Part shown: one piece after another, positions 58,154 to 64,000 of the stretch
How positions within the stretch are numbered: the stretch's first letter is position 1
How the letters are laid out: each line of letters opens with the position of its first letter
Assembly (NCBI GenBank): GCA_964620675.1
Contig: CAZUJU010000012.1
Span: 2,251-66,250 of the forward strand
Source: an uncultured Thiotrichales bacterium
GTDB lineage: Bacteria; Pseudomonadota; Gammaproteobacteria; UWMA-0217
DNA length: 64,000 nt
Direction of reading: 5' to 3'
Made by a program: the position numbers and the translations under genes
The notes under the pieces: model-generated
What the model saw: only the letters and a program-made list of their open reading frames with translations
The model's database searches: none
Told to the model about the DNA's origin: nothing

Positions 58154-58692
58154 TTCACCCTCCGCAACACCGCGGCCGCCTGATTGCTCTGGGCTCGGGC
58201 GAGGCAGGCCTTCAATGCCGCGCGCGCGCGCGACAGCCGACTCATGACCGTACCAACGGGAATGTTCAAGGTTTGCGCCACTTCGGCATAACTCATCTCC
58301 TCAAGGTCCACCAGCGTCAATACCTGCCGTTGCCCGAGTGGTAGGCGCGCAACCGCGGCGCGTACGCATTCGATCAACTGACCCCGACTACACGCCTCCT
58401 CCGGGCTCACATCGGGATTGGGCAGACTCGCGTGCAACTCGTCGATATCTTCAAAACTACCCGCGCGGCGCAAATGATCACGCCAACAGTTGTTCAGAAT
58501 TGCGACCAACCAGCCCACCAGCGCCGCTTCCTCACGCAGTTGCGCCCGTCGCGCCAACGCCTTGCTGAGCGTCTCCTGCACCAAGTCGTCAGCCAATGCG
58601 GCATCGTGGCACCAAGCGAACGCCAAGCGGTAAAGGCGCGGTCGCTGCTGTTCCAGACCTGAGTCCGGCTTGACAAACGAAATCAATCCCAT
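58150..58692 (-). CDS. ECF (sigma-70 family group IV) RNA polymerase sigma factor
   Basis: Region 2 ...RLYRLAFAWCHDAALADDLVQETLSKAL... and region 4 ...LVDLEEMSYAEVAQTLNIPVGTVMSRLSRAR...; 180 aa. Confidence 0.85.
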   Translation of the reverse strand: MGLISFVKPDSGLEQQRPRLYRLAFAWCHDAALADDLVQETLSKALARRAQLREEAALVGWLVAILNNCWRDHLRRAGSFEDIDELHASLPNPDVSPEEACSRGQLIECVRAAVARLPLGQRQVLTLVDLEEMSYAEVAQTLNIPVGTVMSRLSRARAALKACLARAQSNQAAAVLRRVK

Positions 58693-59015
58693 CGTGGTAC
58701 TGCTCTCTCGACCTACGGCGTCGCTTGCCCGGGCAACAGCCCGAAAGCGCCGACGGCAATCGCCTCGCGACTGCGGTCAATGTTGTTGGTTTAAGGTTAA
58801 GACGCGAACCACACGCCATTCATTCCGTGCCATATCGATCGCCATGACAGCGCTGGCGGACGAGCCGCCCGACGCGGAATAAAAACAGCATGCGAGACGT
58901 CCTATGAAATATGGCGCAGCCGCAGCCGCACTGCAACCTGTGTGAGGCCTCTGCCGCCCTAATCGCGCGACGCAAGCGCGGCGAGGATGCCGAAGATCGT
59001 CAATACCCCGTGTTT

Positions 59016-59039
59016 GGCCCCATTCAGGGGCCATTTTTT
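59016..59039 (+). terminator. Plus-strand intrinsic terminator (GGCCCC-attca-GGGGCC + T6) overlapping the last codons/stop of minus-strand pgl
   Basis: tgtttGGCCCCattcaGGGGCCaTTTTTTc. On the minus strand the hairpin is followed by a non-U sequence (aaacacgggg), so it is oriented for plus-strand transcripts only. No annotated plus-strand gene lies upstream. Confidence 0.5.
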
Positions 59040-59746
59040 CAGGAATCGCATGCAGTCGGGTCGCTCCAGACTTCGCGTTTCGGGGCCAGAATGCGTGCCG
59101 CTGGCAACGCATCGCCGGCGCGCCAATGTGCCACCGGTATGCGCTTATTGGCGCCTAGCACCAGAAATATCACGCGCTCTGCGGCGGCCAGGCGGGCCGC
59201 GCTCATACTCACGCGCTCGGGCGGCGGCTTGGGCGCTGCGAACACCGCAATCGCATCCGGTGCATCCGGCGCAAATCCAGCCTCGTCGCCGGGAAACAGG
59301 CTCGCGGTATGCCCGTCTTCGCCGAGCCCGAGCAACACCAGATCAAAACGACCGACTTCGGACAAGGTCTGCGCGTATGCACGCGCCGCACGCAACGCCC
59401 CTAATTCGGACGGGATGCGCTTGACCTGCCCGCGCGGTACGTCGACCGCATCAAGCCAGGCGGTATCGGCCATCGTATCGTTGCGGTTGGGATCGCCCGC
59501 TGGCAGGCATCGTTCGTCACCAAAATAGATGTACCAACGCGACCAATCCGCAGGCAACGTACGTAGCTCACGATAGAGCCGTTCGGGGGTACGGCCGCCG
59601 GCGAGCACAATTCTAAACGCTCCCCGCGCGGCGATAGCCGCTTCCGCAGTCGTGGCAATCGTATCGCGCGCCGCCGCCACGACCGCGCTTTCGTCGGCAA
59701 ACACCCGCCAGATCGGGGCCGGAAACCCGCTTGCTTCAGAGCTCAT
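59039..59746 (-). CDS. pgl: 6-phosphogluconolactonase
   Basis: The internal Met of ORF 59039..60121 at aa 126 (MSSEASGFPAPIWRVFADESAVV...FRIVLAGGRTPERLY...VLLGLGEDGHTASLFPG) is the likely start. The upstream 125 codons of that ORF overlap zwf out of frame. The ATG at 59746 overlaps the zwf stop region by 11 nt. Confidence 0.85.
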   Translation of the reverse strand: MSSEASGFPAPIWRVFADESAVVAAARDTIATTAEAAIAARGAFRIVLAGGRTPERLYRELRTLPADWSRWYIYFGDERCLPAGDPNRNDTMADTAWLDAVDVPRGQVKRIPSELGALRAARAYAQTLSEVGRFDLVLLGLGEDGHTASLFPGDEAGFAPDAPDAIAVFAAPKPPPERVSMSAARLAAAERVIFLVLGANKRIPVAHWRAGDALPAARILAPKREVWSDPTACDS

Positions 59747-61214
59747 TGCGCCACTGCTGATCCTCGGCATCGAACAAGCGTTCCGCCCCGCGCGGCCCCC
59801 AGCTACCGGCCGGATAGGTCGCGACGTAATCTTGGTCACGCGCCCACACCCGCATGATCGGATCCACCACCCGCCAGGCCCATTCCACCTCGTCGAAACG
59901 AATAAACAAACTGCGATCCCCCTCGATGACGTCGAGCAACAAGGTTTCATAGGCATCCAGACGACGTTCGTCCGGCGCGCGATAAGAGGCGTTGAGTCGC
60001 ACCACGCGGGTCTCCATACCCAAGCCCGGCTGCTTGGCGTGCAACTCCACATGCATGCATTCGTCGGGCTGGATCGACAACAACACCCAGTTCGGCGCGA
60101 TGTGCTCAACCGGGGTCTCACGGAACAGCTGTTGCGGCGGGTGCTTGAAGCGGATCGCGATCAGCGACTGATTTCGCGCCAGGCGCTTGCCGGTCCGCAG
60201 ATAGAACGGCACATGGCGCCAACGCCAGTTGTCGATGTAAAACTTCGCCGCAACGAAGGTTTCAGTGGCTGACCCTCGGGCAACCCCCGCCTCCTGGGCA
60301 TAGCCGGCAACATTGCGACCCTCGCTGTGTCCTCCGGCGTACTGCGCGCGATAGGCGTAGGCGTTGACGGACTCACGCGGTATCGCGCGTATCGATCGCA
60401 ATACCTTGACCTTTTCGTCCCGCAATGCGTCCGCTTCGAGTATGGCCGGAGGCTCCATCGCGACCGCCGTCAACAGTTGCATCAAATGGTTCTGCAGCAT
60501 ATCCCGCAGCGCGCCGGTCTGGTCGTAGTAACCGGCACGAGTACTGATGCCGTCCGATTCCGCCACGGTGATTTGTACGTGATCGATGTAGTTTCGGTTC
60601 CAGATCGGCTCGATCAAGGTGTTGGCGAAGCGAAACACCAGCAGATTCTGCACCGTTTCCTTGCCGAGGTAGTGATCGATCCGGTAGATCTGCTCTTCGT
60701 CAAAATGCTGATGCAACAGGTTATTTAACTGCCGCGCGCTGTCGAGATCCTCGCCGAACGGTTTCTCGACCACGATGCGATGCTGGCCCGCCCGACCAAG
60801 ACCGACCGCGCTCAGGCGGGTCACCACATCACCGAAGTCTCCGGGTTTGATCGAGAGATAAAATACAGTACGCCCGCCGTCGCCGCTCTCGGGCTGGCGC
60901 AACCCGGCCTTGAGCCGGACATAAGCCTCGTCGTCGCGCAAGTCGCCGCGCAAGTAGGTAAAGCGGGCCGCGAACCGCTTGAAGACGGCTTCTTCGAACC
61001 GATCTCCCACCCGCTCCGCCAACGCGCGCCGCATTTCCTCGCCCCACATTGCGTCGGTCCATTCGCGGCGGGCAAAAGCGACGAAACGCAGCCCCTCGGC
61101 AAGGCGCCCGGCCTCTTCCAGGCGATATAAAGCTGGCAACAGCTTGGTCATCATCAGATTGCCGGTGGCGCCAAAGATGACGAAATAACACGGTTCCTGC
61201 GAGTCCTGAATCAT
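59736..61214 (-). CDS. zwf: Glucose-6-phosphate 1-dehydrogenase
   Basis: FVIFGATGNLMMTKLLPALY (NADP-binding) and RIDHYLGKE (active-site motif). 492 aa. Confidence 0.9.
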   Translation of the reverse strand: MIQDSQEPCYFVIFGATGNLMMTKLLPALYRLEEAGRLAEGLRFVAFARREWTDAMWGEEMRRALAERVGDRFEEAVFKRFAARFTYLRGDLRDDEAYVRLKAGLRQPESGDGGRTVFYLSIKPGDFGDVVTRLSAVGLGRAGQHRIVVEKPFGEDLDSARQLNNLLHQHFDEEQIYRIDHYLGKETVQNLLVFRFANTLIEPIWNRNYIDHVQITVAESDGISTRAGYYDQTGALRDMLQNHLMQLLTAVAMEPPAILEADALRDEKVKVLRSIRAIPRESVNAYAYRAQYAGGHSEGRNVAGYAQEAGVARGSATETFVAAKFYIDNWRWRHVPFYLRTGKRLARNQSLIAIRFKHPPQQLFRETPVEHIAPNWVLLSIQPDECMHVELHAKQPGLGMETRVVRLNASYRAPDERRLDAYETLLLDVIEGDRSLFIRFDEVEWAWRVVDPIMRVWARDQDYVATYPAGSWGPRGAERLFDAEDQQWRNEL

Positions 61215-61221
61215 ATCCGGC

Positions 61222-62133
61222 TTACTCCTGCCCCTGGACGGCGTGGCCGCCGAAGCCCTTGCGCATCATCGCCAGCACCTTGTTGGAAAAGTCCGCCGAG
61301 CCCTGGCTGGCGAAGCGCTCCATGAGCGCCAGACTCATCACCGGCGCCGGCACCCCGAGTTCGATCGCCTCCAGCGCGGTCCAGCGCCCTTCACCAGAAT
61401 CGGCGACATACGCCTTGACGGCATCAAGGGCTTGATCCTGTTTGAGAAAATCCGCGGTCAGATCGAGCAACCAACTCCGCACCACGCTGCCGTGGCGCCA
61501 CATCTCCCCGATCGCCGCCAGATCCAACCCGAACTCGCGCTTGCTTTGCATCAGCGCGAAACCTTCCGCCAGCGCCTGCATCATCCCGTATTCGATCCCG
61601 TTGTGGACCATCTTGACGAAATGTCCGGCGCCGACCGGACCACAATGCAGCCAGCCTTGATCCGACCCGGGCGCCAGCACTTTCGCGTACGGCTCGATCT
61701 GCGCGAACGCCGCGGCAGACCCACCCACCATCAACGCGTAACCATTCTCCAGCCCCCACACGCCGCCTGAAACGCCGGCATCGGCGAATTGTAATCCGCG
61801 CGCCTCCAGCATCCGTCCGCGCCGCACGGAATCCTTGTAGTAGGAATTGGCCCCATCCACCAGAACATCGCCCGGCGCCAACAACGAGGCCGCTTCGCCA
61901 ACGTGAGCCTCGGTGATATCGCCGGCCGGCAGCATCAACCAGACCACGCGCGGCGGCGTCAACTGCGCAACCAAGTCGGTCAGCGAGGTCGCCACCGCAA
62001 CGCCAGTTTCGTCGGCCAACTGGCGCGTCACCCCCTCGCTACGGTTGAACGCGACCAGCGGCACGTCCGCACGACGCAGACGGCGAGCCATGTTCGCCCC
62101 CATGCGCCCCAGCCCTACCATGCCTAGATTCAT
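61222..62133 (-). CDS. gnd: 6-phosphogluconate dehydrogenase, decarboxylating (short approx. 300-aa form)
   Basis: MNLGMVGLGRMGANMARRL (Rossmann GxGxxG) and ...GAGHFVKMVHNGIEYGMMQ... (6PGDH signature). It is the first gene of a gnd-zwf-pgl operon. Confidence 0.85.
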   Translation of the reverse strand: MNLGMVGLGRMGANMARRLRRADVPLVAFNRSEGVTRQLADETGVAVATSLTDLVAQLTPPRVVWLMLPAGDITEAHVGEAASLLAPGDVLVDGANSYYKDSVRRGRMLEARGLQFADAGVSGGVWGLENGYALMVGGSAAAFAQIEPYAKVLAPGSDQGWLHCGPVGAGHFVKMVHNGIEYGMMQALAEGFALMQSKREFGLDLAAIGEMWRHGSVVRSWLLDLTADFLKQDQALDAVKAYVADSGEGRWTALEAIELGVPAPVMSLALMERFASQGSADFSNKVLAMMRKGFGGHAVQGQE

Positions 62134-62301
62134 CTCGACGCCTCCGTAATGATTGATGGCCCGCTCGTTTTACTCTGACGGCCCGGAATTTCCAAGGCTT
62201 CGGCGCAGCCGGGGTCGACGGCCCTTTCAGTGGTTTGCTCGCTTCGCCGATTGCAATAGACTTACGCGACTCAACCTACACCATCGCCCGCGCCTAACAC
62301 G

Positions 62302-63243
62302 ATGACCTCACACAGCGTCTGCATCCTTGGCGGCACCGGATTTGTCGGCAGCCACCTCGCCTCCCGCCTGGTCAATCGCGGCCATCACGTCAAGGTATTG
62401 ACCCGCCACCGCCACCGTCACCGCGCACTCCTTGTGCTCCCGCTGCTCGAACTGATCGAATGTGATGTGCACAACCCGGCGGAACTGACGCAGCACTTCC
62501 AGGGCTGCGACACGGTGATCAATCTGGTCGGCATTCTCAATGAATTCGGAGGCACGCGACGTTTCGCGACCGCGCACGTCGACCTCGCAAAAACCGTGGT
62601 CGAAGCGTGCCGCGATGCGGGTGTCGCACGCCTGCTGCACATGAGCGCACTGAACGCGGCACCGGATGCGCCCAGCCGTTACCTGCGCAGCAAGGGCGAA
62701 GCGGAAAATCAGGTCCACGCGGCCGGCGCGCCGTTCATGAGCGTTACCAGTTTCCGCCCATCCGTGATCTTTGGGCCGGGCGACGGTTTTCTGAATCTGT
62801 TCGCCGGATTATTACGACGCATACCGGTCGCATTACCGCTGGCCTGTCCCGGCGCGCGATTTGCGCCGGTCTATGTCGGCGACGTGGCCGACGCCCTTAT
62901 CGCCGCGCTCGACGATCCGACCCACGCCGGCAAGCGCATCGAACTGTGCGGCCCCGAGAGCTATACCCTGCGCGAACTGGTCGCCTATGCGGCAAGGATG
63001 ATCAACCGCAAGCGTTGGATCATCGGGCTGCCGGATTGGGCCTCGAAACTCCAGGCGCGCGTCATGGCGTTCGCGCCCGGAAAGCCGTTCACGCTGGATA
63101 ATTACCAATCGATGCAGGTGGATAGCGTCTGTCGCGGCGGCGGTCACTGCCCCACCCCGATGGATGCCGTGGTGCCGCATTACCTCGGCGACGCGGCGCG
63201 CGACTTGCGGATGCAACGCGATCGGGAAACCGTCCGTAGCTAA
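62302..63243 (+). CDS. NAD(P)H-binding atypical SDR (complex I NDUFA9-like / NmrA-like family)
   Basis: MTSHSVCILGGTGFVGSHLASRLVNRGHHVKVLTR (Rossmann GxxGxxG); 313 aa. Confidence 0.75.
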   Translation: MTSHSVCILGGTGFVGSHLASRLVNRGHHVKVLTRHRHRHRALLVLPLLELIECDVHNPAELTQHFQGCDTVINLVGILNEFGGTRRFATAHVDLAKTVVEACRDAGVARLLHMSALNAAPDAPSRYLRSKGEAENQVHAAGAPFMSVTSFRPSVIFGPGDGFLNLFAGLLRRIPVALPLACPGARFAPVYVGDVADALIAALDDPTHAGKRIELCGPESYTLRELVAYAARMINRKRWIIGLPDWASKLQARVMAFAPGKPFTLDNYQSMQVDSVCRGGGHCPTPMDAVVPHYLGDAARDLRMQRDRETVRS

Positions 63244-64000
63244 TCCGCGTCGGCCAACTTGGGCACCGTAAGGTCGGACGCCTCGGCACCGCCGCAGCGT
63301 TCGGGTTGCTTAAGCCGCTCGTGCCGGGCAGTTTTTTCCAGCGTCTTGAACGTCGCCATTTTGGTGTAAAAGCGCTCGAAATCGTAATCGCAACTTGCGA
63401 GCCAGCGCGTAAACTCCGGCACCAGATCGCGATAGACCGCGACCGACGCTAGGCGCGCGTTATTGACCGGCTTTTCAAACCAGCGATCGTAACCCGCAAA
63501 ACCGCCCCACCGTTGCTTGAGTTCGGCGTAGCGGGTCCGCAGGTCGATATAGATCGCGGCTTTGCTTGCACGCTTGTCTGCCTCAGGCAGGTCCGCATCG
63601 TACACCGCGCGTAGCTGGTCCGAGGTGGATTTAAGCAAGCCGATGAAATCGTCCTTATGGCGCAACCAGTCCTCGTACTTATGAAGGTCTTCGGGCGAGG
63701 ACTCGGACAGCCAGCGTCGCACCCCCTGCTCGCCGACCACCGTCGCGAAGGCCTCATTGAACTCCGTGTCGTGGGCAAAGTAGAGCCGTTGGTGCGCAAG
63801 TTCGTGAAACACGACCTCGGCCATCAAAACCTCGCCACGGTCGACCATCGAACTCAACAAAGGATCGGCGAACCAGCCCAGTGTTGAATACGCCTGAACC
63901 CCGCCAACGAATACCTCATAACCGGCTTCGCGCAGACTTGCGGCGAACGCCTCGGCCTTGGCTTCGTCGAAATAGCCGCGATAACTAACGCAGCCAACGA
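63240..64000 (-). CDS. Predicted zinc aminopeptidase (DUF2268-like, HExxH), N-terminal part beyond window end
   Basis: ORF 63240..63860 (TTG start in track) carries EVVFHELAHQ (HExxH). The same frame stays open to the window end (…VGCVSYRGYFDEAKAEAFAASLREAGYEVFVGGVQAYSTLGWFADPLLSSMVD…), so the gene is truncated by the window. Confidence 0.6.
   Translation of the reverse strand, partial: VGCVSYRGYFDEAKAEAFAASLREAGYEVFVGGVQAYSTLGWFADPLLSSMVDRGEVLMAEVVFHELAHQRLYFAHDTEFNEAFATVVGEQGVRRWLSESSPEDLHKYEDWLRHKDDFIGLLKSTSDQLRAVYDADLPEADKRASKAAIYIDLRTRYAELKQRWGGFAGYDRWFEKPVNNARLASVAVYRDLVPEFTRWLASCDYDFERFYTKMATFKTLEKTARHERLKQPERCGGAEASDLTVPKLADAD

Overview
This 64 kb window is GC-rich chromosomal DNA that looks gammaproteobacterial. 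It carries a conserved core: rsmD, two M16 peptidases, ftsY-ftsE-ftsX, rpoH, purD, rho-trxA, a divergent rhlB, moaA, an ECF sigma/anti-sigma pair, gnd-zwf-pgl, rimI with a family-4 UDG, nudL, ggt, a YfhL-type ferredoxin, coaD, gluQ and an RND efflux pair. I found no rRNA, tRNA or CRISPR. The accessory content is as follows. (1) A tightly packed five-gene minus-strand operon (9702-13961) encodes a stand-alone protoglobin (sensor globin), a Roadblock/LC7 protein, a large REC-like/proline-rich protein and two unknown proteins; this is the best candidate for an undescribed signalling module. (2) An approximately 18 kb Wzx/Wzy-type polysaccharide locus (23178-41416) carries PEP-CTERM-locus-style accessory genes: a split Wzc (chain-length determinant plus BY-kinase), an ExeA-like ATPase, a TPR protein, a priming phosphoglycosyltransferase, four glycosyltransferases and an acetyltransferase. 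Its central Wzy/hypothetical segment is AT-richer than the flanks. (3) A five-TM pentaheme cytochrome c fused to a TPR domain sits next to an FG-GAP/ASPIC protein. (4) A perfect 16-copy heptanucleotide repeat (CTCCTGY) lies in an intergenic promoter region. (5) An approximately 0.9 kb non-coding stretch between gluQ and ggt holds five tandem 37-nt repeats flanked by 12-bp direct repeats. (6) An AT-rich islet between moaA and the sigma/anti-sigma pair contains small ORFs, and the anti-sigma factor has an unusual DsrE-like C-terminal domain. The ORF track appears to accept GTG/TTG starts and to omit ORFs that run off the window edges, so the FG-GAP gene at the 5' edge and the aminopeptidase gene at the 3' edge are missing from it. 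Many plus/minus ORFs in the track are Arg/Gln-rich antisense artifacts typical of high-GC DNA.
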